From Pseudomonadota bacterium (lineage in GTDB: Bacteria > Pseudomonadota > Gammaproteobacteria > Pseudomonadales > UBA5518), in NCBI GenBank assembly GCA_963204845.1, contig CAUJIL010000121.1, positions 1,251-65,250 on the forward strand: a stretch of DNA of 64,000 nt, written 5' to 3'. Each line of letters opens with the position of its first letter. Positions within the stretch are counted from its first letter, which is position 1. Positions 1-10,766 of the stretch are shown piece after piece. The notes beneath the pieces are model-generated. The model ran no database searches. It was not told the DNA's origin and was given only the letters and a program-made list of their open reading frames with translations. The translations under genes were made by a program, and so were the position numbers.

Positions 1-1
1 G

Positions 2-2458
2 CTCGGCGGCACCCCGGCGCTACCCGGCCAACCCATCGCCGCGACCATCAACGCGCAGTCGCGGCTGCAGACGGTCGGGCAGTTCGAGGCGATCCTGCTG
101 CGCGTCGATCCCGACGGCGCGACGGTGCGCCTCGGCGACGTGGCGCGCATCGAACTCGGCAGCGAGAGCTACGCGGTGCGCTCGCGCTTCAACGGCAAGC
201 CGGCGGCCGGCATGGGACTGATGCTGCAGACCGGAGCGAACGCGCTGAAAACCGCCGAGGCCGTGCGTGCAAGGCTGGTCGAGCTGAAAGCATTCTTTCC
301 GCCGGGGCTGCAGTACGACATTCCGCACGACACCACGCCGTTCGTGCAGCGTTCGATCGACGGCGTGGTCGAAACGCTGATCGAGGCGATCGTGCTGGTG
401 TTCCTGGTGATGCTGCTGTTCCTGCAGAACCTGCGCGCGACGCTGATCCCGACGCTGGCGGTGCCGGTGGTGCTGCTCGGCACCTTCGCCGTGCTCGCCG
501 CGTTCGGCTTCAGCATCAACACGCTGACCATGTTCGCGATGGTGCTCGCGATCGGGCTGCTGGTCGACGACGCGATCGTGGTGGTCGAGAACGTCGAGCG
601 CGTGATGCGCGAGGAAGGCCTGCCGCCGCGCGAAGCCACCCGCAAGGCGATGGGCCAGATCAGCGGCGCGCTGGTGGGCATCGCACTGGTGCTGTCGGCG
701 GTGTTCGTTCCGATGGCCTTCTTCGGCGGATCGACCGGCCTGATCTACCGCCAGTTCTCGGTCACGATCGTCGCGGCGATGGTGCTGTCGGTGCTGGTGG
801 CGATGATCCTGACCCCCGCGCTGTGCGCCACCCTGCTGCATCCGCACGACACCACCGGGCACGCCAGCCGGGTGTTCGGAGCGTTCAACCGCACGTTGGC
901 TGCCGCCACCGCGCGCTACGAGGCCGTGGTCGGAAGCCTGCTGCGGCGCAGCCTGCGCTACCTCGCGATCTATGCCGTGCTGCTGGTCGCGCTCGGGCTG
1001 CTGTTCGTGCGCCTGCCGACCTCGTTCCTGCCCGAGGAGGACGGCGGCTTCATCTTCAACATCGTGCAACTGCCCGCGGGCGCCAGCCAGGAGCGCACGC
1101 TGCAGACGATGGCCGAGATCACGCGCTACTTCCTCGAGGAAGAGAAGGGACTGGTCACCAAGATCTTCACGGCCGCCGGCTTCAGCTTCGCGGGTTCCGG
1201 CCAGAACGCGGGCCAGGCCTTCGTCGAGATGCGCCCGTGGGAGGAGCGCGAGGCGCCCGGGCAGAGCGCGCGAGCGCTGGCCGATCGCGCGCGCGGTGCG
1301 CTGCAGAAGCTGCGCGATGCCGTGGTGTTCCCGGTGGTGCCGCCGCCGGTGCTCGAACTCGGCGACGCCAGCGGTTTCACGCTGTTCCTGCAGGACCGCG
1401 GCGGGTTGGGGCACGCGGCGCTGATCGAGGCGCGCAACCGCCTGCTCGGAGCCGCCGCGCAGCATCCGCAACTGCGCGCGGTGCGGCCGAATGGCCTCGA
1501 AGAGACGCCGCAACTCGAGCTCGAAATCGACCACCAGAAGGCCAGCGCGCTGGGGCTGTCGATCGCGGAGATCAACGACCTGCTGGCCACCGCGTGGGGC
1601 GGGCGCTACGTGAACGATTTCATCGACCGCGGCCGCGTGAAAAAGGTCTACGTGCAGGGCGAGGCGGGTGCGCGCATGCAGCCCGAGGACCTGGGCAAAT
1701 GGTACGCGCGCAACGCCCGCGGACAGATGGTCCCGTTCCACGCCTTCGCCTCCGCGCGCTGGACCCGCGGATCACCGCAGCTGACGCGCTTCAACGGACT
1801 GCCCGCGCTCGAGATCCAGGGCCAGGCGGCACCGGGTGTGAGCACCGGCGAGGCGATGGACGCGATCGCCGGACTGATCGGCACGCTGCCCGCCGGGATC
1901 GGTTTCGAATGGAGCGGCGTCTCGCTGCAGGAACAGCAGTCCGGCGCGCAGGCACCGCTGCTCTACACGCTGTCGCTGCTGGTCGTGTTCCTGTGCCTCG
2001 CGGCACTCTACGAGTCCTGGTCGGTGCCGTTCGCGGTGATGCTGGTGGTGCCGCTCGGCGTGATCGGCGCGCTGCTCGCGGCCACGCTGGCCGGGCAGGC
2101 CAACGACGTGTACTTCCAGGTCGGGCTGCTGACCACGATCGGGCTGTCGGCACGCAACGCGATCCTGATCGTCGAGTTCGCGAAGGCGCGCCAGGAAGCC
2201 GGCGCGACCCTGCTCGCGGCCACGCTGGAGGCCTGCCGCATCCGGCTGCGCCCGATCCTGATGACCTCGCTCGCCTTCATGTTCGGCGTGCTGCCGCTGG
2301 CGCTGGCCGACGGCGCCGGGTCGGGGGCGCAGAACGCGATCGGCACCGGCGTGGTCGGCGGCATGCTGTCGGCGACGGTGCTGGCGATCTTCTACGTGCC
2401 GCTGTTCTACGCGATCGTGCGCGGACGCTCGCTGCGTCCGTCCGAGGCATCGACCTGA
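2..2458 (+). CDS. RND efflux permease, AcrB/MexB family (5' end outside window)
   Basis: Track ORF 125..2458 starts at a GTG, but the frame stays open to the window edge (…[38 protein letters not shown]…). Multi-TM RND architecture with [20 protein letters not shown] motif and large periplasmic loops. Confidence 0.9.
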   Translation, partial: LGGTPALPGQPIAATINAQSRLQTVGQFEAILLRVDPDGATVRLGDVARIELGSESYAVRSRFNGKPAAGMGLMLQTGANALKTAEAVRARLVELKAFFPPGLQYDIPHDTTPFVQRSIDGVVETLIEAIVLVFLVMLLFLQNLRATLIPTLAVPVVLLGTFAVLAAFGFSINTLTMFAMVLAIGLLVDDAIVVVENVERVMREEGLPPREATRKAMGQISGALVGIALVLSAVFVPMAFFGGSTGLIYRQFSVTIVAAMVLSVLVAMILTPALCATLLHPHDTTGHASRVFGAFNRTLAAATARYEAVVGSLLRRSLRYLAIYAVLLVALGLLFVRLPTSFLPEEDGGFIFNIVQLPAGASQERTLQTMAEITRYFLEEEKGLVTKIFTAAGFSFAGSGQNAGQAFVEMRPWEEREAPGQSARALADRARGALQKLRDAVVFPVVPPPVLELGDASGFTLFLQDRGGLGHAALIEARNRLLGAAAQHPQLRAVRPNGLEETPQLELEIDHQKASALGLSIAEINDLLATAWGGRYVNDFIDRGRVKKVYVQGEAGARMQPEDLGKWYARNARGQMVPFHAFASARWTRGSPQLTRFNGLPALEIQGQAAPGVSTGEAMDAIAGLIGTLPAGIGFEWSGVSLQEQQSGAQAPLLYTLSLLVVFLCLAALYESWSVPFAVMLVVPLGVIGALLAATLAGQANDVYFQVGLLTTIGLSARNAILIVEFAKARQEAGATLLAATLEACRIRLRPILMTSLAFMFGVLPLALADGAGSGAQNAIGTGVVGGMLSATVLAIFYVPLFYAIVRGRSLRPSEAST

Positions 2459-2604
2459 GGCGGCTTTCAAGGCGCGAAGTCGAACCGCTGCAGTAGTCCA
2501 CAGATACCTTCCAGCGGCGGCGCCGGCACGCTAAGGTGCCCGCCACGAAAGCTAGCGGAAGATGACTCATTGGCAACCCGGCGCAGCTGATCGGCGGCTT
2601 CATC

Positions 2605-3645
2605 GTGCTGGTGCTGGGCGCCGAAGTGCTGGTGCGTGGTGCGTCGCGCCTCGCAGCCGCCGCCGGGATGCCCTCGTTGCTGATCGGGCTCACCGTGGTT
2701 TCGTTCGGCACCAGCGCCCCCGAGATGGCCGTCAGCGTCGGTTCCGCACTGCAGGGCTCGCCCGACATCGCGCTCGGCAACGTGGTCGGCAGCAATATCT
2801 TCAACGTGCTGATGATCCTCGGCCTGTCGGCACTGGTCTCACCGCTGATCGTCTCGCGGCAACTGGTGCGCGTGGACGTGCCGATCATGATCGGCGTCTC
2901 GCTGCTGGTCTGGCTGCTGGCGCTGGACCAGGTGATCGGCCGCGTCGAGGGCCTGGTGCTCGCACTGATGCTCGCGATCTACCTCGACGTGCAGATCCGG
3001 CTGGGCCGCGAGGCGGGCGCGGACAGCGCCCCGGTCGGGACACCGGACGGCCCGGCCCCGCGCGGCGCCGGATCGCCGATGGCAAACGTGCTGCTGATCC
3101 TCGGCGGACTCGTGCTGCTGGTCGCCGGGTCGCGCTGGCTGCTCGACGGCGCCACCGGCATCGCGCGCGCGCTCGGCGTGTCGGAACTGATGATCGGCCT
3201 GACCATCGTCGCGGCCGGCACCTCGCTGCCGGAACTCGCGACCTCGGTGCTGGCGGCGCTGCGCGGCGAGCGCGACATCGCGGTCGGCAACGCAGTCGGG
3301 AGCAACATCTTCAACCTGCTCGCGGTGCTCGGGATCACGGCGGTGGTCGCGCCGGCCGGCGTCGCCGTGGCCGACGCGGCGCTGGTATTCGACATCCCGG
3401 TGATGGGCGCGGTGGCGCTGGCCTGCCTGCCGGTGTTCTTCAGCGGCCACCTGATCGCGCGCTGGGAAGGTGCGGTATTCGTCGGATACTACATCGCGTA
3501 TACGGCGTACCTGGTGCTGGCCGGCACGGCGCACGAGGCGCTCGCCGGCTACCGCACCGCGATGCTCGGTTTCGTGCTGCCGCTGACCGTGTTGACGCTG
3601 GTCGTGATCGTGTGGCGCGGCTGGGTGGAACGCCACCGGGCCTGA
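2605..3645 (+). CDS. Ca2+/cation (Na+/Ca2+) antiporter, CaCA/YrbG family
   Basis: Two alpha-repeat signatures (GTSAPE…GNVVGSNIFNVLMILG and GTSLPE…GNAVGSNIFNLLAVLG) and a polytopic membrane profile. Start uncertain: GTG 2605, with an in-frame TGA at 2563. Confidence 0.8.
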   Translation: MLVLGAEVLVRGASRLAAAAGMPSLLIGLTVVSFGTSAPEMAVSVGSALQGSPDIALGNVVGSNIFNVLMILGLSALVSPLIVSRQLVRVDVPIMIGVSLLVWLLALDQVIGRVEGLVLALMLAIYLDVQIRLGREAGADSAPVGTPDGPAPRGAGSPMANVLLILGGLVLLVAGSRWLLDGATGIARALGVSELMIGLTIVAAGTSLPELATSVLAALRGERDIAVGNAVGSNIFNLLAVLGITAVVAPAGVAVADAALVFDIPVMGAVALACLPVFFSGHLIARWEGAVFVGYYIAYTAYLVLAGTAHEALAGYRTAMLGFVLPLTVLTLVVIVWRGWVERHRA

Positions 3646-3663
3646 GCGACGGGTACCACCCGC

Positions 3664-4362
3664 TCAGCTCACGAAGCGCACCGTATCGGCGAGCACGGCA
3701 CGGCCCAGACGGCACTCATTGGCCGCGATGCCGGCATCCTCGTAGCCGAACGAGATGCCGAACAGCAGCTTCCACGACGCATCGACCCCCGCCTCGGCGC
3801 GCACCATGTCGCACAGGAAACTGAGCGCGGTCTGCGGGCAACTCGCGATGCCGTGCGCCGCGAGCCCCAGCATCAGCGTCTGCGCGTACATGCCGGCATC
3901 GGCTGCCTCGCGCACCCCGGCCCAGTCGGGGATGAACAGGAACGCGACGTGCGGCGCGTCGAAGAAGGCGAAGTTGCGCATGAACGCGGCGCCACGACCG
4001 GCCTTGTCGGCGCGCTCGATGCCCATCGCCCCGTAGAGCTTCTCGGCCGCGTCGTACTGGCGCTCCTTGTAGACCCCGTCGTACTTGCCTGCGTAGGGAA
4101 AGTCCATCGACACCTTGCCGCCGGTGAAATCGGCCATGAAACCGCGGCGCAGCCGATCGCAGGCCGCGCCGCTGAACACCGCGCTCAGCCACGGCTGGGT
4201 GTTGCAGTTCGACGGCGCACGGCCCGCGAGCGCGAAGATGTGTTCGAGCAGCGGTTGCGGCACCGGCTCCGGCCGGAACGCGCGCACCGATCGGCGTGCG
4301 AGCACGGCCTCGTCGAAAGCCAGCGAATGTCCCGCGCCACGCCCTGTTTCCATCTTCGTCAT
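3664..4362 (-). CDS. nitroreductase family protein
   Basis: RRSVRAF… and …GRAPSNCNTQPW… nitroreductase signatures. ATG at 4362 is preceded by GGAGAG; the longer track form begins at a TTG. Confidence 0.8.
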   Translation of the reverse strand: MTKMETGRGAGHSLAFDEAVLARRSVRAFRPEPVPQPLLEHIFALAGRAPSNCNTQPWLSAVFSGAACDRLRRGFMADFTGGKVSMDFPYAGKYDGVYKERQYDAAEKLYGAMGIERADKAGRGAAFMRNFAFFDAPHVAFLFIPDWAGVREAADAGMYAQTLMLGLAAHGIASCPQTALSFLCDMVRAEAGVDASWKLLFGISFGYEDAGIAANECRLGRAVLADTVRFVS

Positions 4363-4398
4363 GTGCTCTCCGGATTCCAATGAACGACGATCGCCGCC

Positions 4399-5214
4399 TC
4401 AGCGGCCCTGAAATACCGCGGGGCGCTTCTCCTTGAAGGCCCGCATCCCCTCGCGCGCGTCCTCGGTGGCGAACACCGGCCAACCGATTTCGTCCGAGCG
4501 CCGCATGGCCTCGGCCTCCGGCAGGCATTCCTCGTGTTCGCGCAGCGACTGCATGACCGCCCTGACCGCGACCGGTCCGTTGGCTCCGATCTGCGCCGCG
4601 ATCGCGAGCGCCTCCGCAAGCGCCCCGCCCTTGGGCACGATGCGGTTGATGAGCCCCCAATCGAGCGCCTCGCGCGCCGTCACGTGGCGTCCGGTCAGCA
4701 GGATCTCGGCCGCGATGCAGTACGGGATCTGGCGCCGCAGCCGGATCGTGGATCCCGACATCGGGTACAGCCCGCGCGCGACCTCGGTCACGCCGAACAC
4801 CGCGTCCTCGGCGGCAACCCGGATGTCGGTGCCCTGCAGGATCTCGGTGCCGCCGGCGAGCGCATAACCCTCCACGGCGAGCACGATCGGCTTGCAGGGG
4901 CGGTTGTCGCGCAGCAACGCCTGCCAGTGCAGGTTCGGGATCTCCTGCATCAGCGTCTGGATCTCGGCGGCGTCGTCACCGCCCTCCGGTCCCGCCTTGA
5001 GGTCCATGCCCGCGCAGAAGGTGTCACCGCGTGCGGTCAGCACCGCCGCGCGCAGCGTATCGTCGCTGTCGAGCAGGCGCCACGCGCGGTACATCCCCAC
5101 CAGCATCGGCGGGTTGAAGGCGTTCTTCGCCTCGGGGCGGTTCAGCGTGACGACCAGCGTGTGCGCGTCGCGCTCGACGATGCAGCTGCTGGTGCTTACG
5201 GGGAGCTGTTCCAT
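4399..5214 (-). CDS. enoyl-CoA hydratase/isomerase (crotonase) family protein
   Basis: VVTLNRPEAKNAF, FCAGMDLK and a crotonase-fold pattern. Internal ATG verified at 5214; the Arg/Ser-rich upstream extension in the track is unlikely to be coding. Confidence 0.85.
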   Translation of the reverse strand: MEQLPVSTSSCIVERDAHTLVVTLNRPEAKNAFNPPMLVGMYRAWRLLDSDDTLRAAVLTARGDTFCAGMDLKAGPEGGDDAAEIQTLMQEIPNLHWQALLRDNRPCKPIVLAVEGYALAGGTEILQGTDIRVAAEDAVFGVTEVARGLYPMSGSTIRLRRQIPYCIAAEILLTGRHVTAREALDWGLINRIVPKGGALAEALAIAAQIGANGPVAVRAVMQSLREHEECLPEAEAMRRSDEIGWPVFATEDAREGMRAFKEKRPAVFQGR

Positions 5215-5257
5215 GCGTATCTCCGGTGCCGACGAACGATGATGGACGGGTAGCGAT

Positions 5258-6895
5258 TCAGGAGGCGCGATGCGTACCGGCCAGCGCGATTTCCCGCGCG
5301 CGCGCGTAGTTCGGCTTGCCGCTCGGCTGGCGCGGGATCTGCTCGACGATGTGCAGCTCGCGCGGCACCTTGTAGCCCGCGATGTGGCGGCGCGACTCGT
5401 GCTGCAGCTCCTCCAGCGTGGGCCGGTGGCCCGCACGCACCGCGACGACCGCCGTGACCTTCTGCCCCCAGCGCTCGTCCGGCATGCCGACCACCAGTGC
5501 GTCGAACACGGCCGGGTGGTTCTTCAGCGCCTGCTCGACTTCCTCCGGGAAGATCTTCTCGCCGCCGCTGTTGATACAGTTCGAACCGCGTCCGAACACC
5601 GTGATCGACGAACCGTCGGGCTCGAGCCGTGCCGCGTCGCCGGTCAGCAACCAGCGCTTGCCATCGACCTCGACGAAGGTCCGGGCGGTCTTCACCGGAT
5701 CGTTGTAGTAACCGACCGGGATGTGGCCGCTGCGCGCGAAGATCCCGGTTTCACCGGGCTGCGCGTGGCGGCGTTCGTCCTCGACGATCACGTCCATGTA
5801 CGGCGTGCGCGTCACGTTCCCCAGCCCGTTCTCGGCGTCACTGCGCCGCTGCCCGTTGTCCATCCCCATCTGGCCGCCTTCGGAAGAACCGAAGGAATTC
5901 GTGATCATCACGTTGGGGAAGTGCTCGCGGAAGCGCTGCTGTTTCGATTCGGAGAACACGGCGCCACCGGAGCCGACGTTGAACACGCAGCCGAGGTCCC
6001 AGCGCCCGGGGTTGCCCTCCAGCGCATCGAGCAGCGGGATCGCCATCGCGTCGCCGACGATCGAGATCGCGTTCACGCGCTCGCGCTCGACGATTCCCCA
6101 GACCTCCTCGCCGACCAGCGAGTGCGACGGGTTCAGCACCACCTTGCCGCCGGCGAGCAACTGGATGCACGCGTACCACCAGCATGCCCCGTGCATCAGC
6201 GGCGCGAGCGGCATGCCGGTGACGACGAAACCTTCCTTCGCGCGCACCGCGATGTCCTCGGGCGCCGCGATCGGGCCGGCCGGATGGAAATGACCGCCAC
6301 CGCCCATCGCGGCGTAGAACACCGCCTTGTGCGGCCACATCACGCCCTTCGGCATGCCGGTGGTGCCGCCGGTGTAGAGCAGGAACAGGTCGTCATCGGA
6401 ACGCTCCGGGAAGTCGCGTTCGGCGGAACCCTGCGCCAGCGCGTTCTCGTAACCGGCCGAGCCGATCGATTGCAGGTCGAAGGCGCTGCCGTCGTCCACA
6501 CCGATCAGCGTGTGCAGCCGCGGCGCCGCATCACGCACCGCCGCGATGTGCGGCACGAACTCGCGGTGGTGGATGCAACCGGCCATGTCCGAGTTGTCGA
6601 AGATGTAGACGAGTTCCTCGTTCACGTAGCGGAAGTTCACGTTGACCGGCACCGCCCGCACCTTGAAGCAGCCCAGCATGCCTTCGAGGTACTCGTTGCA
6701 GTTGTGCAGGTACAGCCCGACCTTGTCGCCGGCACCGATGCCGCGCGACTGCAGGTAGTGGGCGAGCCGGTTGGCGCGCCGGTCGAGTTCGGCGTAGCTG
6801 AGCCGCGCATCGCCGCACACCAGCGCCTCGCGCTCGGGCACGGTGTCGGCGACGATCTCGAACAGGTCGGCGATGTTGAAATGCCTGGGGGTCAT
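5258..6895 (-). CDS. AMP-dependent acyl-CoA synthetase
   Basis: Adenylate-forming motifs YTGGTTGMPKGV, TGD and PSGKPNY. ATG verified at 6895. Confidence 0.88.
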   Translation of the reverse strand: MTPRHFNIADLFEIVADTVPEREALVCGDARLSYAELDRRANRLAHYLQSRGIGAGDKVGLYLHNCNEYLEGMLGCFKVRAVPVNVNFRYVNEELVYIFDNSDMAGCIHHREFVPHIAAVRDAAPRLHTLIGVDDGSAFDLQSIGSAGYENALAQGSAERDFPERSDDDLFLLYTGGTTGMPKGVMWPHKAVFYAAMGGGGHFHPAGPIAAPEDIAVRAKEGFVVTGMPLAPLMHGACWWYACIQLLAGGKVVLNPSHSLVGEEVWGIVERERVNAISIVGDAMAIPLLDALEGNPGRWDLGCVFNVGSGGAVFSESKQQRFREHFPNVMITNSFGSSEGGQMGMDNGQRRSDAENGLGNVTRTPYMDVIVEDERRHAQPGETGIFARSGHIPVGYYNDPVKTARTFVEVDGKRWLLTGDAARLEPDGSSITVFGRGSNCINSGGEKIFPEEVEQALKNHPAVFDALVVGMPDERWGQKVTAVVAVRAGHRPTLEELQHESRRHIAGYKVPRELHIVEQIPRQPSGKPNYARAREIALAGTHRAS

Positions 6896-6986
6896 TGACC
6901 GGCTCCCGCTGAACTTGGACCGGCCGAAGAATAAGCGAGGCCGGCGCGCTGCCGCAAATGACAAACCGGTCAGGGATGGTCGCGCC

Positions 6987-7379
6987 TCAGCGGCTCGCCA
7001 TCCCGGCGCGCATATTCGCCGCGACGCGCTGGGCGACCCGCCACGCCCGCTCCGCACCGGGCCCCGCGAAACCATCGTCGAGCGTGGCCCGGAACAGTTC
7101 CAGCCAGCGCGCGAAATCCTCGTCGTGCAACGGGCGGCGCGCGTGCAGCGCGCGGTGGATGTCCATGGTATGGCGCTGGTAGCCAGGGCGCCCGAGCAGC
7201 AGTTTCTCCCAGTAGGCGCGGATCAGCGGCAGGTGGCGTGCCGGATCGATCCGTGCGACGTCGAGGAAGAGCGGCGCGAGCCGAGGATCGGCGAACACGC
7301 GCGCATAGAACGCGTCGACGAAGGCGGCGACCCGCTCCGGCGAATCCAGATCAGCTCTTGCCGCGGCCTTTCCTGACAT
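6987..7379 (-). CDS. globin-like protein (group III truncated-haemoglobin-like)
   Basis: 130 aa, all-helical, with an N-terminal …[23 protein letters not shown]… pattern typical of truncated globins. ATG at 7379 lies inside the der 3' end. Confidence 0.55.
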   Translation of the reverse strand: MSGKAAARADLDSPERVAAFVDAFYARVFADPRLAPLFLDVARIDPARHLPLIRAYWEKLLLGRPGYQRHTMDIHRALHARRPLHDEDFARWLELFRATLDDGFAGPGAERAWRVAQRVAANMRAGMASR

Positions 7380-8763
7380 GCTGCATGAGCCGCTTGCGCT
7401 TGTGTTCCTGGCGCGGCGTCAGCGTGTTGCGCCGGCCGGCGAACGGGTTGGTGCCGGTGACGAACTCGATCCTGATCGGCGTGCCCACCAGTGCGAGTTC
7501 GCGGCGGTAGAAGTTCTCGAGGTAACGGCGGTAGTGATCGGGGACGTCCTCGGTCTGGTTGCCGTGGATCACGATCACCGGCGGGTTGCTGCCGCCCGGG
7601 TGCGCCATGCGCAGCTTGATCCGGCGCCCGCGCACCAGCGGCGGGGCGTGCCCGGCAACGGCGGCCTCGAGGATGGCAGTAAGACGGTTGGTCGGCAGCT
7701 TGCGCTGTGCCGACGCCCACGCGCGGTCGATCGCCGCGTACAGCTGCCCCACGTTCGATCCGTGCAGCGCGGAGACGAAATGCACCTCCGCGAACTCCGC
7801 GAACACCAGCCGGCGCTCGAGCTCGCTCTTCAGCATCGCCTTGCGGTCGGCCGCCAGCCCGTCCCACTTGTTGCAGACGATGATCAGTGAACGGCCGCTG
7901 TCGATCACGTGCCCGAGCAGGTGCACGTCCTGCTCGACCAGCCCGTCGTGCGCGTCGATCAGCACCAGCACCACGTTGGCGTCGGCGATCGCCTGCAGCG
8001 TCTTCACGATCGAGAACTTCTCGACCGTCTCGTGCACGCTGCGCCGGCGCCGCAGGCCGGCCGTGTCGATCAGCGTGTAGCGCGCCTCGGCGCGCTCGAA
8101 ATCGATGTAGATGCTGTCGCGCGTGGTTCCCGGCTGGTCGTAGACGACCACGCGCTCCTCGCCGAGGATGCGGTTCACCAGCGTCGACTTGCCGACGTTC
8201 GGGCGCCCGACCACCGCGACACGCACGCGCGTGCCACCAGGCTGGAGCGCGTCCTCGACGGGCTCCTCGACCGGCGGGACGGCAGCGAGCAGCGCACGCT
8301 CGAGCTGGCCCATGTTGCGTCCGTGCGCGGCGCTGACCGCCACCAGCGCCGGTGCGCCGAGTTCGTGGAATTCCGCGCTGGCGACGGACTCGTCGGTGCC
8401 GTCGATCTTGTTCACCACCAGCAGGAACGGTTTGCCGCTGCTGCGCAGCAGCACCAGGATCCGTTGGTCCGCCGGCGTGACGCCGGCGCGCGCATCGACC
8501 AGCACCAGCGCGAGGTCGCATTCGGCGATCGCGGCCCGCGACTGGCGCGCCATCTCGCTGTCGATGCCCTCCTCCTCGCCGCTCAGGCCGCCGGTATCGA
8601 CGACGATGAAGCGCCGGCCCTCGGCGTGGAATTCGCCGTACTGGCGATCGCGCGTGAGGCCGGGAATATCGGCGACCAGCGCCTTGCGGCTGCGCGTCAG
8701 GCGGTTGAACAGCGTCGACTTGCCGACGTTGGGCCGCCCGACCAGCGCGATGACGGGGATCAT
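7351..8763 (-). CDS. der: ribosome-associated GTPase Der (EngA)
   Basis: Tandem GTPase domains (GRPNVGKST twice, DTGG/DTAG, NKID/NKWD) and a basic C-terminal tail. Confidence 0.96.
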   Translation of the reverse strand: MIPVIALVGRPNVGKSTLFNRLTRSRKALVADIPGLTRDRQYGEFHAEGRRFIVVDTGGLSGEEEGIDSEMARQSRAAIAECDLALVLVDARAGVTPADQRILVLLRSSGKPFLLVVNKIDGTDESVASAEFHELGAPALVAVSAAHGRNMGQLERALLAAVPPVEEPVEDALQPGGTRVRVAVVGRPNVGKSTLVNRILGEERVVVYDQPGTTRDSIYIDFERAEARYTLIDTAGLRRRRSVHETVEKFSIVKTLQAIADANVVLVLIDAHDGLVEQDVHLLGHVIDSGRSLIIVCNKWDGLAADRKAMLKSELERRLVFAEFAEVHFVSALHGSNVGQLYAAIDRAWASAQRKLPTNRLTAILEAAVAGHAPPLVRGRRIKLRMAHPGGSNPPVIVIHGNQTEDVPDHYRRYLENFYRRELALVGTPIRIEFVTGTNPFAGRRNTLTPRQEHKRKRLMQHVRKGRGKS

Positions 8764-8772
8764 GCCGGCCGC

Positions 8773-9996
8773 TCAGCGGGTGCCGACACGGAACGCCTTC
8801 AGGCCGCCGTTGTTGTCGTAGACGTAGAGCAGGTCGCCGGATGCCAGCATGTCGGCGCGCACGCCGGAGGAGTCGGCGCGGCTGCGCCCCGCGACGTGTC
8901 CGTCGACCTGCGACAGCAGGTGCACGTAGCCGTCGAAATCGGCGACCGCCACGTAGCTTCCCACCGCCACCGGCGTACCCGGCGAGCGGCGAGCGAGTTG
9001 CTCGTTCTGCCAGCGCAGTGCGCCGCCGGCGACTTCGTAGGCGCTCACGGTGCCACTGGTCTCGGCCACGTAGACGTTGCCGAAGCCGGTGCCCACGCCG
9101 ACGAAACTCGAGGCATCGCGCGCCCACACCGGCCGTCCGTTGGCGAGGGACAGGCCGCCCACCTTGCCCTGGTAGCTCACGGCGAAGATCCCCTGCCCGA
9201 CCAGTACCGGCCGCCCGTCGATGTCGACCGCGCGCTCGATCTCCGACTGGCCCTGCGGCGTCGCGATGCGCGCCTCCCACAGCAGCGTGCCGACGTCGGC
9301 CTTGATCGCGACGATGCGCCCGCTGGCGAGCGCCGCGTACGCCACGCCCTCGCTGAGCAGCAGCGGCGCCGTGCCGCGCAGCGTCAGCAACGGCATGCTG
9401 GTGTCCTGGGTCCAGCGGCGCGCACCGGTGCGCGCGTCCAGCCCGTTGATCTTGCCGTCGAGCGTCTGCACCACGACCACGTCCCAGTCGGCCGCCGGCG
9501 GCGCCAGCACCTCGCCGCTGACGCGCGCGCGCCACAGCTCGCGACCACTCGCGCTCTCCAGTGCGATCACATTGCCGCTCGTATCGCCGACCAGCACGAG
9601 GTCGCCACCGACGCCCACGCCACCCGACAGGTCGGTGTCGACGTCGGTCTTCCAGCGTCGCTCGCCGCTCGCGGCGTCGAAGGCGGCGACCGTGCCGTCG
9701 GCGGCAGCCGCGAAGATCGCGTCGCCGTCGAGCGCCGGGTGGAGGCGGTTGAACTTCTTGCCCGGGCCGTTGCCGACACCGGCACTCCAGACCTTGCGCA
9801 GTTCGACCTCGGCGCTGAAATCGGTCAGCGGTGCCGGTTCCAGCTCCACCTGGTCTTCCTCGCCGTCCTCGTCGCCACCGCCGATGCCCTTCACGTAGTC
9901 GACCACCGAGCAGCCCGCCAGCGCGATGCCCAACGCCAGCAGCAGCGCGGCGCGCGCGAACGTGCCGCCGGATCCGGGCGCGATACGGTTCATCAT
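8773..9996 (-). CDS. bamB: outer-membrane protein assembly factor BamB
   Basis: Lipobox LAGCS and repeated PQQ-like beta-propeller blades. Conserved position between yfgM and der. The ATGA overlap with yfgM places the yfgM stop inside the bamB start. Confidence 0.85.
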   Translation of the reverse strand: MMNRIAPGSGGTFARAALLLALGIALAGCSVVDYVKGIGGGDEDGEEDQVELEPAPLTDFSAEVELRKVWSAGVGNGPGKKFNRLHPALDGDAIFAAAADGTVAAFDAASGERRWKTDVDTDLSGGVGVGGDLVLVGDTSGNVIALESASGRELWRARVSGEVLAPPAADWDVVVVQTLDGKINGLDARTGARRWTQDTSMPLLTLRGTAPLLLSEGVAYAALASGRIVAIKADVGTLLWEARIATPQGQSEIERAVDIDGRPVLVGQGIFAVSYQGKVGGLSLANGRPVWARDASSFVGVGTGFGNVYVAETSGTVSAYEVAGGALRWQNEQLARRSPGTPVAVGSYVAVADFDGYVHLLSQVDGHVAGRSRADSSGVRADMLASGDLLYVYDNNGGLKAFRVGTR

Positions 9997-10748
9997 GGTT
10001 GAACTCCCGTGTCAGTGGTTGCGGGCGCGGGCGCCGCGACCAGCGTCGTTGCGCCGAGCTCGAGTTCGCGCAGCTTCATCTGCAGCAGCGGCGAGACGCG
10101 GTTGCCGGCCGCCGCCAGCGCCTCGCGGTAGGCTTCCAGCGCGTCGGCGCGTTCGCCGCGTTGCACCAGGATGTCGCCGCGCAGCTCGTGACGCTGCAGC
10201 AGGAAATCGTCACCACCAGCCGCCTCGAGCGTGGCCAGCGCCGCGTCGGGCTGGCCGGCCGCGAACTGCACGCGCGCCAGCCGCACCCGAGCCAGCGCGC
10301 CAAGCTGCGCATCGCGCGCGTGCCCGAGCAAGGCGTCGAGGCGCGTCGCGAGTCCGCCACGCGCCGTGTCCGGATTGCGTTCGAGCACCGCCTGGAGGTG
10401 CGTCCCGGCCGCAGCCAGATCGTTTTTTTCGACCGCGATGCGCGCAAGGATCAGCTCCGCATGGTCGCCAAGGCGCGGCGCGGAACCGATCTTCAGCAAT
10501 TCGCCGGCCAGGTGTTCGGCGGTGGTGCGCTGCACCTCGTCCGTGGCGGAATTCTCCACCGCCTGCAGCAACTGCTGGTACAGCACGGACGCCTGCTCGG
10601 CGGCGGACTGCTGGCGCTGCTGCCACCATTGCCAGCCGAACAGGATCGCCATCGCGAGTCCCACGCCGATCAGCGTCGAGGAGCCGTTGCTCTCCCACCA
10701 CTGCTTCAGCGCCCTGATCTGGTCTTCTTCGGTTCGGTAAGGATCCAC
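9993..10748 (-). CDS. yfgM: YfgM-family TPR membrane protein
   Basis: N-terminal …QIRALKQWWESNG… followed by one TM helix and a TPR-like C-terminus. Synteny hisS-yfgM-bamB. GTG start. Confidence 0.7.
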   Translation of the reverse strand: MDPYRTEEDQIRALKQWWESNGSSTLIGVGLAMAILFGWQWWQQRQQSAAEQASVLYQQLLQAVENSATDEVQRTTAEHLAGELLKIGSAPRLGDHAELILARIAVEKNDLAAAGTHLQAVLERNPDTARGGLATRLDALLGHARDAQLGALARVRLARVQFAAGQPDAALATLEAAGGDDFLLQRHELRGDILVQRGERADALEAYREALAAAGNRVSPLLQMKLRELELGATTLVAAPAPATTDTGVQP

Positions 10749-10766
10749 GCATTCTCCCCGTCGGGT

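Noticed and set aside
20-1741. A 573-aa minus-strand ORF at the left edge.
   Set aside because: It is antisense to the clearly recognisable RND permease. It has Arg/His/Gln-rich low-complexity composition and no motifs.
2562-3824. A 420-aa ORF starting at ATG 2562.
   Set aside because: It is out of frame with the CaCA antiporter motifs and its product is Arg/Gly/Ala/Pro low-complexity. Only its start codon is of interest (see the finding on the CaCA start).
7223-10002. Long overlapping ORFs (770 aa minus strand, 697 aa plus strand) over der and bamB.
   Set aside because: These are alternate-frame or antisense products of the der/bamB region with Arg/Ala/Gly-rich composition. The der and bamB frames carry the real motifs.
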